Numbered from the stretch's first letter, positions 52,406 through 62,983 are shown. The stretch is DNA of 64,000 bases from an uncultured delta proteobacterium (GCA_963727625.1 CAVSHR010000008.1:128001-192000), one strand, 5' to 3'. Made by a program: numbers and translations. The notes: generated by a model from the letters alone, not told the origin.

Positions 52406-53191
52406 TCAATTCCCCGGTACGCGCCGTGAGGCATAGACGAAATAAACGCCGGCTAGAATGAACGGAAGGCTCAAGAGCTGCCCCATGTTCAAGGGCAAAC
52501 GCTGCTCAAAAAAAACTTGATTTTCTTTGACGAATTCAATCATGAAGCGGGCGAAAAAACAGCTCGCCAGGGTCGCGCCGAAAACTCTGCCGGGAAATTG
52601 TATGATCGCGGTCTTCCAATAGGCGTAGTACATGGCGCAAAACACCGACAAATATGCGATCGCCTCATAGAGCATTGCCGGGTGGCGCGGGATGTCGTCG
52701 ACGCGCGCGAACACGACGGCCCAGGGCAGGTTGGACGGCGTGCCGATGATTTCGGAATTGAAAAAATTGCCGATGCGAATCAGCGCAGCCGCAAGCAAGC
52801 AGGGGAGGGTCAGACGATCGGCGAGCTCGATGAAGCTCATGTCCCGGTGTTTTTTGCGGAAAAGATAGAGTGCAATCATAACGCCGGCAAAGCCGCCGTG
52901 ACTCGCCAGTCCACCGTGCCAGAGCATAAGAATTTCCCACGGGTGCGCCAGATAGTAATCGGGCTGGTAGAGTAGGACATGGCCGAGCCTGGCACCGACG
53001 ATGGTGCCGATCATCAGATAGAGAAGCAGATCCGACAGAGTGCCGGGATCGCGCCGCTCCCTGCGATAGATCTGCGTCATGATCTGAAAACCAAGGAAAA
53101 AGCCGAGCGCGAAAAATAGCCCGTACCAGCGAAGCTCGAAGGGACCGAGACGAAAGATCGCCGGGTCCATGTCCCACACCCAATGCAGCAT
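52406..53191 (-). CDS. lgt: prolipoprotein diacylglyceryl transferase
   Basis: RWYG, GARLGH, GLASHGG, RIGNFFNSE, RHPAMLYE, MGQLLS. Confidence 0.95.
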   Translation of the reverse strand: MLHWVWDMDPAIFRLGPFELRWYGLFFALGFFLGFQIMTQIYRRERRDPGTLSDLLLYLMIGTIVGARLGHVLLYQPDYYLAHPWEILMLWHGGLASHGGFAGVMIALYLFRKKHRDMSFIELADRLTLPCLLAAALIRIGNFFNSEIIGTPSNLPWAVVFARVDDIPRHPAMLYEAIAYLSVFCAMYYAYWKTAIIQFPGRVFGATLASCFFARFMIEFVKENQVFFEQRLPLNMGQLLSLPFILAGVYFVYASRRVPGN

Positions 53192-53300
53192 CTTGAACGT
53201 TAGGGTAGCAGCTTTTGCCGATTACTGAAGATCGGTGGCGGGGTAGATTTGACTCCGGGCGTTGCTTTTGCTGGCGCATCAGCTTTGCTATAGTCCGGCC

Positions 53301-54473
53301 ATGTCCTCGATTCTGATTAAAAACATCGGCGCGTTGGTTACCGGGAAACTCGAAAGTCCGCTTCGGCAGGCGGATTCAATCTTCATCAAAGACGCCGTTT
53401 TCCAGGCGATCGGCAACGGCTTGAAACAAGCGGCCGATCAGACCATCGACGCCAACGGCATTACGGCGATTCCGGGATTGATCGATTCCCACTCGCACCC
53501 GTCCATCGGCGAATACACGCCGGCGCAGAATTCCTTGGGCTGGATCACCAATTACATGCACGGCGGCGTGACCTCTTTAGTTTCAGCCGGTGAGCTGCAT
53601 CTGCCCGGCTTGCCACTGCCGCCCGACGCGCGCACGGCGCTGTCCGTCGCCATCGTCACGAAGAAATGTTACGACAACCTGCGGCCGTCGGGCGTGAAAG
53701 TTCACGCCGGGACATTGCTGCTGGTGCCGGGTTTAACTGAAAAAGACTTCGATGAGATTCACTTCCTCGGTATCAAGCTGGTCAAATTCATCTTCTACGA
53801 TTACAGTTTGCTGCCCAACGGCGAGGCCAATCGCTACGTCGAGTGGGCGCATGCGCGCGGCATCAAAGTGAAAATTCATTCCGGCGGCGTGTCGCGCTCG
53901 GGTGTGAGCCAGGTGGCCGGTTTCGACATGGTGCAAAAGATCAAGCCCGACATCATCGGCCATATCACCGGCGGGCCGATCCCGATGCCGGAAGAAGACA
54001 TGCTGCGTATCGCCGGTGAGACCGAATGCTTCATGGAAATCTGCACCTCGGGCAATTATCGCTTGGCGCTCAGCCTCGCTCGCGCGGTCAAGGCGAAAAA
54101 TTTACATCATCGCGTGCTCATCGGCACTGACACGCCGGGCGGCACCGGCATCGTGCCGCGCGGCATCTTGCGCGAGATTGCGTTTCTCTCATCGGTCGGT
54201 GAATTCGAACCGGAAAAAGCGATCTGCATGGCCACCGGCAACGTCGGGCGCGCGCATGACTTGAACATCGGCATCCTCGAGGAGGGCCGGCCGGCGGACC
54301 TGGTGCTGCTGCACAAGATCACCGGATCGGTCGCCAAGGACGCGCTCGAGTCGTTCGCCAAAGGCGATCTGCCGGGTATTTCTCACGTCATCATCGACGG
54401 CGTGATTCGAGTTGCCGGCCGCAGCCAGCAAACCCCGCCGCCGGAGCGCGGCGCGATACAATCTTGTTGTTGA
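53301..54473 (+). CDS. amidohydrolase, enamidase-like
   Basis: PGLIDSHSH, SAGELHLPG, HSGG, GHITGGP, GTDTPGG. Confidence 0.8.
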   Translation: MSSILIKNIGALVTGKLESPLRQADSIFIKDAVFQAIGNGLKQAADQTIDANGITAIPGLIDSHSHPSIGEYTPAQNSLGWITNYMHGGVTSLVSAGELHLPGLPLPPDARTALSVAIVTKKCYDNLRPSGVKVHAGTLLLVPGLTEKDFDEIHFLGIKLVKFIFYDYSLLPNGEANRYVEWAHARGIKVKIHSGGVSRSGVSQVAGFDMVQKIKPDIIGHITGGPIPMPEEDMLRIAGETECFMEICTSGNYRLALSLARAVKAKNLHHRVLIGTDTPGGTGIVPRGILREIAFLSSVGEFEPEKAICMATGNVGRAHDLNIGILEEGRPADLVLLHKITGSVAKDALESFAKGDLPGISHVIIDGVIRVAGRSQQTPPPERGAIQSCC

Positions 54474-54486
54474 GGGAGAATTTCAA

Positions 54487-55467
54487 GTGATCGAATTCGA
54501 TTTCGGCGTGGGACTTTTCCCCACCGAACCACTGCAAAAAATGATTCACCTGGCCAAGGTGAGCGAGGAGTCGGGATTCACCCACGTCTGGGTCGGTGAT
54601 TCCCATCTGATCTGGCGCGAGGCCTACGTCAACATGGCGGCGATGATGCTGAACACGACCAAGGCGAAGTTCGGCACCGGCGTCACCAATCCGCTGACGC
54701 GCCATCCCTCGGTGCTCGCCAGCGCGTACGCGACGCTGGAAGAATACGCGCCCGGCCGCGTGATCGTCGGCATCGGTCTGGGCGACAGCTCGGTGGAAAC
54801 CATGGGGCTCAAGCCGTCGACGCTGGCCAACTTCGAAAAATCCATCCAACAGATGCGCGAGCTTCTCGCCGGCAAAGAAGCGGAGCTGCCGTCGGGGAAA
54901 ATTCATTTGCTCCACCCCTGCAAGGGAAAAGTGCCGATTTACATTGCTGCCAGCGGGCCGAAGATGCTCGAATTATCCGGACGCATCGCCGACGGCATCA
55001 TCGTCCTGGTCGGGGTGGCCGATGAATATATCGCCCACGCAAGGGAAAAAATCGCAGCGGGGGCGAAGGCGGCGGGACGGAAATTGGAAGATATTTATTT
55101 GGTCCTGTGGGTTCCCTGCGCGGTTTCCGACACGGCGCCGGCAAAAGACGCAGTGAAAGCCCATGTGGCGCGGGTGGTGGCGCATCCGCTGCCTTACGTA
55201 TTGGACCCCAACGAACAGAAAGTGTTGGAGGAAATTCGTAAAACCTACGACTACTACCATCACATGGACCAGCAGGCGAATCACGCCGAAGTCATCCCCG
55301 ATTGGCTGGTCGACAAGTTCGCCGTGGCCGGCACCGTGGAGCAATGCCGCGCGCAGATCGAGCGAATCAAAAAAACCGGCGTCCAACAGATCGCGATCAT
55401 TCCATACAGCGCGCCGGGCGGGAGCCGAGAGGAGACGATTCGCGGCTTCGCCAAGGCGATGAGTTAG
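54487..55467 (+). CDS. LLM-class flavin/F420-dependent oxidoreductase (Mer-like)
   Basis: WVGDSH, GTGVTNPLTRHP, GIGLGD, AASGPKML. Confidence 0.88.
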   Translation: MIEFDFGVGLFPTEPLQKMIHLAKVSEESGFTHVWVGDSHLIWREAYVNMAAMMLNTTKAKFGTGVTNPLTRHPSVLASAYATLEEYAPGRVIVGIGLGDSSVETMGLKPSTLANFEKSIQQMRELLAGKEAELPSGKIHLLHPCKGKVPIYIAASGPKMLELSGRIADGIIVLVGVADEYIAHAREKIAAGAKAAGRKLEDIYLVLWVPCAVSDTAPAKDAVKAHVARVVAHPLPYVLDPNEQKVLEEIRKTYDYYHHMDQQANHAEVIPDWLVDKFAVAGTVEQCRAQIERIKKTGVQQIAIIPYSAPGGSREETIRGFAKAMS

Positions 55468-55527
55468 TTTCAATTAGTGTGTGGCGGGTTTCCGATTCCG
55501 CGCTGGATTCCTTAGAAGGAGGAAGAA

Positions 55528-55920
55528 ATGAAAATTGTTCACACGATGATCCGCGTCAACAATCTCGATGAAAGCTTGAAATTTTACTGCGACGGTCTGG
55601 GCATGAAACTCTTGAAGAAACGCGACTACGAGTCGGGCCGGTTTACCAATGTCTTTGTTGGTTACGGTTCGGAAGATACCGACGCGGTGATCGAGCTCAC
55701 CTATAACTGGGATACCCACAAATACGATCTCGGCAACGGCTTCGGCCATATCGCCATCGGCGTGCCGGATGTCTATAAAGCCTGCGATGAGTTACGCGCC
55801 AAAGGCGTCAAAATCACCCGCGAGCCCGGCCCGATGAAGCATGGCAGCGGCGCGAATGCCATCGCTTTCCTCGAAGATCCGAACGGGTACAAAATCGAGC
55901 TGACCACGAGGGCGGAATAA
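55528..55920 (+). CDS. gloA: lactoylglutathione lyase (glyoxalase I)
   Basis: HTMIRV, IELTYNW, GFGHIAI, DPNGYKIEL. Confidence 0.95.
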   Translation: MKIVHTMIRVNNLDESLKFYCDGLGMKLLKKRDYESGRFTNVFVGYGSEDTDAVIELTYNWDTHKYDLGNGFGHIAIGVPDVYKACDELRAKGVKITREPGPMKHGSGANAIAFLEDPNGYKIELTTRAE

Positions 55921-55946
55921 CCGGCTGCGCTTTCGCTAATTTAAAA

Positions 55947-56309
55947 ATGGCGCGAATTATCACAAAACCCACGGTCATTCCCGCGGCGGGGGAGCCGCCG
56001 AAGATCATCGAAGAGTTTTTCGGCAGGGTGAATTCACAGACTTCGGCTTTGAGTATCGCCAAGATGACCAGCCCGTCTGGCTGGCGCGAGCCCGGGCAGA
56101 CGCCTGAGTTCGATGAATACACGGTCGTGTTACGCGGCGAATTGCAGGTCGAGACGCGAGCTGTGGTTCACAAAGTCGGCGCCGGACAGGCGATTGTGGT
56201 CAACGCCGGAGAGTGGGTGCGCTACAGCACGCCGGGAGCCCAGGGCGCCGAATACCTCGCAGTCTGTTTGCCGGCATTCTCGCCTTTGACTGTGCACCGT
56301 GACGATTAG
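55947..56309 (+). CDS. cupin domain protein
   Basis: IEEFFGRVN, EPGQTPEFDEY, EWVRYSTP. Confidence 0.85.
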   Translation: MARIITKPTVIPAAGEPPKIIEEFFGRVNSQTSALSIAKMTSPSGWREPGQTPEFDEYTVVLRGELQVETRAVVHKVGAGQAIVVNAGEWVRYSTPGAQGAEYLAVCLPAFSPLTVHRDD

Positions 56310-56333
56310 CTCACCGGCGAGGTAGCGGCCGGG

Positions 56334-57254
56334 TTACTTCTTGATGATGCGATAGCCGGCGTTGTCGAGCATATTATAGAGCTGGATAATTTCTGTCGTC
56401 GGCCGGTAACCTACATCTCCCAGCGTCGAGCGTAAAAACGAATCTTTCCACTTGGGATGGCCGGTGGAGTCCAAAGATTGCTTATTGAGCAGAATCAGCA
56501 GCACCAGTTTCTGCAGCGTCGAGGCGTAATCGTGCTCAGCCCGATTTCGCGTCATGATTACCGACGGCACCGCGTGAGTGTCGAAGGCATCGGCCCAACG
56601 ATAAACCGATTTTTCGATCTTCTTTTTCGGATAGATTTGCTCCAGTCCGCTGTCGGCGGGCAAGGCGACAAAGTGAAAGCTCCCATCGAGATTGTGAAAT
56701 GCCGGCACCGGCGCGCCGCCGACGAAGATCAAGGCATCAATCTCGCCTGCGTCAAGCTGTTTGACGGCTTGATCGGGTGGGCTAAAGACATGATCGACCG
56801 TCAGGCCGAAGCCCGCGAGTAAAACTTCCGCAGTGAGCGCCGATCCGCTCTTTTCCGGGCCCACCGCGACCCGCTTTCCTTGCAGCTGTTGCAGTGATTT
56901 GATGTCGGGGCTCCTGGCGATGACGTGAATTTCCTCGAGGTAGAGATTCAGAACGACTTTGGCTTCTTGCAGGACGTTAAGGCCGCTTTCTTTGCGCATG
57001 ATGTCGGCGACGAACTGCAGGACGTCCAATTGCAAGATCGCCAGGTCGACTTTGCCGGCGCCCAGCAAATTGATGTTGTCGAAGGAGCCATTGGTCTCGA
57101 CGATTTCAACAGGGATGTGTTCTTTCTCGGCGATCTGTTTGATGTCCTGAGCTACCTTGAAGTAGGTGCCTTCACGGGAGCCGGTGGCGATGGTGAGCGC
57201 CAACGCCTGTCCGTAAACCAGCAGAGCCATTAGTACCGCGCAGAGTGTTTTCAT
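56334..57254 (-). CDS. TAXI family TRAP solute-binding protein
   Basis: IATGSREGTY, GSFDNI, LYLEEIHV, SGS; signal peptide from MKTL. Confidence 0.85.
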   Translation of the reverse strand: MKTLCAVLMALLVYGQALALTIATGSREGTYFKVAQDIKQIAEKEHIPVEIVETNGSFDNINLLGAGKVDLAILQLDVLQFVADIMRKESGLNVLQEAKVVLNLYLEEIHVIARSPDIKSLQQLQGKRVAVGPEKSGSALTAEVLLAGFGLTVDHVFSPPDQAVKQLDAGEIDALIFVGGAPVPAFHNLDGSFHFVALPADSGLEQIYPKKKIEKSVYRWADAFDTHAVPSVIMTRNRAEHDYASTLQKLVLLILLNKQSLDSTGHPKWKDSFLRSTLGDVGYRPTTEIIQLYNMLDNAGYRIIKK

Positions 57255-57305
57255 GGTGATTCTCCGATTCGCTGCCGTTCGTCGGTCCGTGGCCGTAAAC
57301 ACACT

Positions 57306-57791
57306 TTAGAAAAGCCGCGCGACGAAGAAAATTCCGACCATGGCAAATGCCAGGGCCAACTTGAGAGCGGCGCCGAGCACAATTCCGAGGGTTGCGCCAA
57401 TCCCGGCGCGCGACGCCTGCCTTAGACTTTTCTGAGCCATAAGCTCGCCGATGACCGCGCCGATAAAGGGGCCGAACACAACTCCGGGAAAGCCTAAAAA
57501 AATTCCCACAATCGTGCCCAGGAGGGCGCCAATGACGGCATACTTGGAGGCGCCGAATTTTTTCGCGCCGAACATGGTCGCCCAAAGGTCCACACCCATG
57601 GTCAGCAGGGTGATGACGGCGATGACGATGATCGTTCCGAGGCCGACGTATTTGAATCCCTCGGCCCAGGCCGCGAGCAAGAGGCCGGCGAAAATCAGCG
57701 GCGCGCCGGGCATGGCCGGAAAAACCAGGCCGACTAGTCCGGCGATGACCAATAGCATCGCGACAATCCAGAGTAAGAGAATGCTATCCAT
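57306..57791 (-). CDS. DUF456 family membrane protein
   Basis: PAMPG, AKKFGAS, GPFIGAVIGEL. Confidence 0.85.
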   Translation of the reverse strand: MDSILLLWIVAMLLVIAGLVGLVFPAMPGAPLIFAGLLLAAWAEGFKYVGLGTIIVIAVITLLTMGVDLWATMFGAKKFGASKYAVIGALLGTIVGIFLGFPGVVFGPFIGAVIGELMAQKSLRQASRAGIGATLGIVLGAALKLALAFAMVGIFFVARLF

Positions 57792-57822
57792 CCGGTGATT
57801 TAGGGAGACTGGAATTGCCGGC

Positions 57823-58563
57823 CTAGCGCGGCGGATGTGCTGCTTGGCCGATGGGCCCAGCCTCCGTCACGGGTTCTACGGCCAGCCGCTGCGCGATGAT
57901 CTTATAAACGTCGGGTGAGAAACCAAGGCCAAAGTGAGTGGTACGAACCTCGATATGTTCGACATTCAAGGCGTTGTGATCGATGCAGGCTTGCCATGCC
58001 ACCATCGCGTCTCGGCGTGAATAGATGGCGATTACGGGGGTGTTGAAAGCAATTTTGTTGCGCCTTTCTACTTCGGCGGCAATTTCGTCGACATCGATAC
58101 CACGTTGACGAAGCCAATTGGCAACTACGGTATATTTGGGTCCGCCGACGACCGGCGTGCCGAGGGTAATGACCCGGCCGATCAGATCGGCGCGCTCCCG
58201 CGCCAGCTCGCGCGCGAGATAGCCGCCGAAGCTCCAGCCGATGAGATGCACTCGTTGCTTGTTGCGGCGAGCCAGCGATGAGACCCGCTTCAAGATCCTC
58301 GGCAGCAACTCGGACGTTTCGCCGTTATTGCGTCCGAGACCCCAGCCCCGGGCGTGGTAGCCGAGCATGAGGAGATAACTTTTGAGTATGGCGGTCGAGC
58401 CGTCGCCAGCGCCGTAGCCGGGTAGAATGAGCACCGGATGGCCGTGGCCGCGCGGTTGCAGGGCGAGAGCCGGAAGGCGCAGCAATAGGCGCGGCAGTTC
58501 GATTAAGCCGCGCGCTTCGCGAATCAAGCGAGAAGGATCGGGAGGCTCGAAGAGGTCGGTCAT
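57823..58563 (-). CDS. alpha/beta hydrolase
   Basis: PVLILPG, GWSFGG nucleophile elbow, TLGTP, D...H triad. Confidence 0.88.
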   Translation of the reverse strand: MTDLFEPPDPSRLIREARGLIELPRLLLRLPALALQPRGHGHPVLILPGYGAGDGSTAILKSYLLMLGYHARGWGLGRNNGETSELLPRILKRVSSLARRNKQRVHLIGWSFGGYLARELARERADLIGRVITLGTPVVGGPKYTVVANWLRQRGIDVDEIAAEVERRNKIAFNTPVIAIYSRRDAMVAWQACIDHNALNVEHIEVRTTHFGLGFSPDVYKIIAQRLAVEPVTEAGPIGQAAHPPR

Positions 58564-58875
58564 GTATCGCTTCTATAGGTCAACTGGCATTGCCCGTCAG
58601 TTTACTGCGACAGCGGCCGAGAAACAACTTCCTGAGTTTTCCGCGGTGTTCCGCATTGGCGTCGCCAAGCCTGGGCAAGGGATTGAGCTCACGGGATCTT
58701 CAAACCCTTGGCAAGGCTCGTGTACCTGAGCTCGGCGAGCAGTTCTTGCTTCATCCGACCGGTATCGGCAACGACGAAAGTGAGGCCCGTGCCAACAGTA
58801 GATGGAGTGAGCGGCGCGGCGGTATGGAATATCGTCGCGTCGATTTTGCAAATAATCGCGGCGCTTTGGTGAGCT

Positions 58876-59564
58876 TTATGCCGTCAGCGAGCGAAATAGT
58901 TTCGTCTTCCCCGGAAATGGGCAGAGGGTTTCGATCGTGCACGCGGGACATTTAGGTTTTTTGGCCAAGCAGACGCGCCGGCCGTGGAACTGCATCAGAT
59001 GACAGAAGCGCACCCGTTGTTTCTCGGGCACGATGGTCATCAAGTCGGCTTCGATCTTGTCCGGGTTGGTCTGTTTGGTGAGGCCAAGGCGCTGTGACAA
59101 TCGCATGACGTGGGTGTCGACGCCGATGGTTTGCCGGCCGAAGGCGTTGCCGAGCACGATATTGGCCGTCTTGCGGCCGACGCCGGGCAGGCTAACCAGA
59201 TCCTCGAGCTTATCGGGCACTTGGCCGCCGAAGCGCGCGACCAGCTCGCGGCAGCAGTTCTGAATCGACCTGGCCTTGTTGCGATAGAAATTGATCTTGC
59301 CGATGGCGCGTTCCAAGTCCGGCAAAGGTGCCTCGGCATAGTCTGCGGCGCCGCGGTATTTTTCAAAAAGCTCGTCGGTCACTTGGTTGACCAGATCGTC
59401 GCGCGCCTGGGCGGCGAGGATCAGCGCGATCAGAAGCTCCAGCGGATTTTTGAAGTCGAGCGCGAGCTCGGCATCGGGATGAACTTTCTCGAAGCCGACC
59501 AAGAATTTTCTTCATGCGCGTTTTGGTCGCTGGTCGGCGCTTTGCTTTTGCGCGGAGTGGTCAT
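58876..59564 (-). CDS. nth: endonuclease III; indels in the 5' region
   Basis: LPGVGRKTAN HhH, VDTH, C-x6-C-x2-C-x5-C; N-terminus MTTPRK.../MKKILGR lies out of frame. Confidence 0.93.
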
Positions 59565-59623
59565 TTTAATTTTCACGGGATTTATGTTAGCAAAAAGCGA
59601 CCGATAAAGGGAGGAAATGTTCC

Positions 59624-59884
59624 ATGGATGCTAATGCTTTGGCGGCTGCAAAACAAACTATCCGAAAGCTCAAAAAAGATAAGGCGGAAATTCTCGGCTC
59701 GACGCGGGATCGCAAAAAGCTTAAAAATATTCAGCGCCAGGTGAGGCAGCTGAAGCGCCAATCGCGAGTGCTCGGCAAGGAAAAGAAAGCCGAAGCGGCA
59801 GCCATGGCAGCCGCAGCGGCTGCGCAAGCTGCGGCGGAAAAAGCCGCGGCAGCTGCAAAACCGGCGGAAGCGCCCGCCCAGTAG
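59624..59884 (+). CDS. small basic coiled-coil protein with Ala-rich tail
   Basis: Strong GGGAGG RBS; K/R-rich helices. Confidence 0.7.
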   Translation: MDANALAAAKQTIRKLKKDKAEILGSTRDRKKLKNIQRQVRQLKRQSRVLGKEKKAEAAAMAAAAAAQAAAEKAAAAAKPAEAPAQ

Positions 59885-59891
59885 AAGGTGA

Positions 59892-60952
59892 GTGGTCATG
59901 GCCCCGCCGCCTCGCCTGCGCGGCCGCGGATCAGTAAGTAATCCGAAAAACCGCTTTGAATCAGTCGAGCGGGTGCCGGACCCGGCCTACGAGTTCGACC
60001 AGACCTCTGCGCCGCAGACACAGTTTTTTCCCGACCACAGCAAATCGATTATCGCTTACAACGAAAGTCCCGATGTCGGCTTCGATGCCAGCATCAACCC
60101 CTATCGAGGCTGTGAGCATGGCTGCGTCTATTGCTATGCGCGGCCGTCCCATGAATATCTCGGCTTTTCCGCCGGTCTGGACTTCGAGACCAAGATCATG
60201 GTCAAGGAGGACGCGCCTGAGCTATTGCGCCGCGAGCTCTCCGGGCGCGCCTGGAAACCGCAATGGGTCGCGCTGAGCGGCAATACCGACTGCTATCAGC
60301 CGGCGGAGAAGAAACGCAAACTGACGCGGCGTTGTCTGGAAGTCTTGCTCGAGTTTCGTAATCCCGTGGTCATCGTCACCAAGAATTTCCTGGTGACGCG
60401 CGATATCGATATCCTTCGGAGCTTGCGCGCTACGACTGCGTCGCGGTGACGATTTCTTTGACCACGCTCGATCACAAATTATCTTCTTTGCTCGAGCCGC
60501 GCGCGTCGCGACCGGCGCGGCGGCTGGCAGCGATCAAAACGCTTGCCGACGCGGGAGTCCCGGTGGGATACCTGCAAGCGCCGATGATTCCCGGTCTCAC
60601 GGATTCTGAGGCTCCGGCCATCGGACTGGCAGCGGCGCAGGCGGGAGCCACGTTTTCCGGCTACGTCGCCTTGCGCCTGCCTTTCGCGGTGAAAGTCTTG
60701 TTCGAGCAGTGGCTCGACCGGCACTACCCTGACAAGAAAACTAAAATTCTAAATCGCGTGCGGGAAATCCGCGGCGGCAAGCTCAACGATCCGAATTTCA
60801 AATCGCGCATGCGCGGCGAGGGTATTTATGCCGAGCAGATGGCAGAGCTGTTTCAATTGGCGCGCAAAAAATCGGGAATCACCGCGCGCTGGCCGAAACT
60901 GACGACCGAGCATTTTCACAGAGCCGGAGTGGATCAGCTGAATCTATTCTGA
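59892..60952 (+). CDS. PA0069-family radical SAM protein; frameshift near 60420
   Basis: NPYRGCEHGCVYCYAR, TDCYQP; continues as ISLTT...LEPRAS...RMRGEG...QLNLF. Confidence 0.9.
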
Positions 60953-61001
60953 CTCGACTCATTCTCGCCCGATGTTTCGCGGATTGGCACGACCGAAGAC
61001 C

Positions 61002-61055
61002 GAGCCCTCCAGAGCGAAGACGGCGCGCCCGAAACCGCACTTCGCTCGGACGCTC
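61002..61055. terminator. imperfect inverted repeat between convergent genes
   Basis: gagcgaag / cttcgctc core extended by tcc/gga and gagc/gctc. Confidence 0.4.
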
Positions 61056-61121
61056 AAATTTTAGATCTCGTAGTTTCTTTTGTGATTTGAAATTCGCGAT
61101 TTGACATGCCGCAGGGCGGCG

Positions 61122-61472
61122 TTAGTCGCAATAGTATTCGATCTGATAGCCGTTGGGATCGGAAAAATAGATCGCGTCTTTGCCGCGCCGCCCGTCGATT
61201 TTGACGTCATGCTGCTTGAGCCTTTGCTCGATTTTCTTGAGCCCCGCCGCCGTTACTTTGAAACCGATATGCTCGAGAGCTTGGGCGCCTGACGTGCGCG
61301 CCGAGCTTTTGACGAAATTGATCAGGTCGCTGCTGCCGGGCGTGGTCAAGAAGAGCATCTTGGGCGGATGGCGAAAGGCGATCTTCATTCCCAAGACGCC
61401 GATGTAAAACTCTTCGGTCTTTTTCAGGTCGCGCGCTTTAAGCGCGATGTGGCTCAGTCCTTTTTTGACCAT
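61122..61472 (-). CDS. VOC (glyoxalase/bleomycin resistance) family protein
   Basis: LSHIAL, EHIGF, YFSDPNGYQIE. Confidence 0.88.
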   Translation of the reverse strand: MVKKGLSHIALKARDLKKTEEFYIGVLGMKIAFRHPPKMLFLTTPGSSDLINFVKSSARTSGAQALEHIGFKVTAAGLKKIEQRLKQHDVKIDGRRGKDAIYFSDPNGYQIEYYCD

Positions 61473-61618
61473 GATGTCTGATCTCCCGTCAATCTATTCC
61501 CGACCGGCATTCCTGTATAACTCACCACCGCCGGGGGAATCAAATTGTCGTGCGATACTTTTACAAGGATAAGGAACCTTGGTAGGGTACAAATTCCCGC
61601 TCCGAAGGTGAATCTCCA

Positions 61619-62953
61619 TTGAGCTTTTACACGTTATTCCGTGTGCGCGCGACTCGACCGAGGATTTTCTACGGTTGGTATATCGTGGCTGTCGGCTTCC
61701 TAGCTCAAGTGAATTGCGCATTTCACATGTCGAGCACGCTCAGTGTGTTTCTCAAGCCCTTGACCGAGGACTTGGCGGTTTCGCGCGGATTGTTTTCCTT
61801 GCTGCGCTCGGGAGAAATTCTCATCGCCGGAGCGTTGGCGCCGCTGGTGGGACCGCTGGTCGATCGCTACGGCGGACGGTGGTTGATGACCGGCGGCGCG
61901 CTCGCCGCTGGGGTGGGTTTCATCTTGCTCAGTCAGGTCAGCGCGTTTTGGCAGTTTCTATTGGTGCGCTGGGCCTGTATCGCCGTCGGCGGCGTGCTCA
62001 TGTGTCAGATGATCGTGAGCGTGACCATATCTCGCTGGTTCGTGCGCAAACGCGGCCGCGCCATTGCGATCGCGAGCCTGGGGCAGGGCATGTCCAAGGT
62101 TCTGATCCCGATCGTCACGGCAACACTCTTCATTTGGGTGGGTTGGCGTTCGACCTGGGCGATCTTCGGCTTGCTGACCTTGTTTCTCGTTGTCCTGCCC
62201 GCCGCACTGCTCATGCGTCCGGGTCCGGAGGAAATGGGACTCAAGCCCGATGGCATCGATGCGCCGTCCGAGCCCGCTACGGATACCGCTTTGAAAGACG
62301 GCGTCAGGTCGCGACGTCGGAGCGCACTGGAAGAAACATTCTGGTCGCGGCGCGAGATCATCGGCACGCGCACGTTCTGGATCATATGTTTCATGTACGG
62401 CATGGCCAATGTCGGCATTGCCGGACTCAATCTTCATGTGTTTGCTTACATTACGGATATCGGATTTAGCACGCTGGTGGCGGCGACCACGCTGACGATC
62501 ATCGCTTCGACGCAAATGGGCTCCACTTTAGTCTGGGGTTATATCAGCGAACGAATGGACATTCGCCATGCGAGCATGACGATGTTTCTTATCCAGGCCA
62601 CCGGGTTGCTGCTCGCGATTACAGCTGTTCATGTGCTCGCATTGTATGCCGGTTTTTTTCTCTACGGCATCGGTTTAGGCGGCAGCTTTGTGCTCCAGGA
62701 GCTGATTTGGGCAACTTATTTTGGCCGGCTCTCGCTCGGCAATGTGCGCGGTCTCGGCACCCTCGTGACCTACACTTTCGGCGCCGCCGGAGCGCCGTTT
62801 TTTGGATTTGTCCACGACGTAACAGGCAGCTATCGGTCTTCGTTTTTTGCTTTCGCCGCCGCTCTCGTCGTGTCGGCAATCCTGAGCGCCGCGGTGCGTG
62901 CGCCCAAAAAACCGGGCGGGGTTGGATTGACCCCGCGTCAGGACCAAGCATAA
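61619..62953 (+). CDS. MFS transporter
   Basis: IFYGWYIV, GPLVDRYGGR, WFVRKRGRA, about 12 TM helices. Confidence 0.9.
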   Translation: MSFYTLFRVRATRPRIFYGWYIVAVGFLAQVNCAFHMSSTLSVFLKPLTEDLAVSRGLFSLLRSGEILIAGALAPLVGPLVDRYGGRWLMTGGALAAGVGFILLSQVSAFWQFLLVRWACIAVGGVLMCQMIVSVTISRWFVRKRGRAIAIASLGQGMSKVLIPIVTATLFIWVGWRSTWAIFGLLTLFLVVLPAALLMRPGPEEMGLKPDGIDAPSEPATDTALKDGVRSRRRSALEETFWSRREIIGTRTFWIICFMYGMANVGIAGLNLHVFAYITDIGFSTLVAATTLTIIASTQMGSTLVWGYISERMDIRHASMTMFLIQATGLLLAITAVHVLALYAGFFLYGIGLGGSFVLQELIWATYFGRLSLGNVRGLGTLVTYTFGAAGAPFFGFVHDVTGSYRSSFFAFAAALVVSAILSAAVRAPKKPGGVGLTPRQDQA

Positions 62954-62983
62954 TGAAATCGGTATCGCTTCACCGGTACTGAC

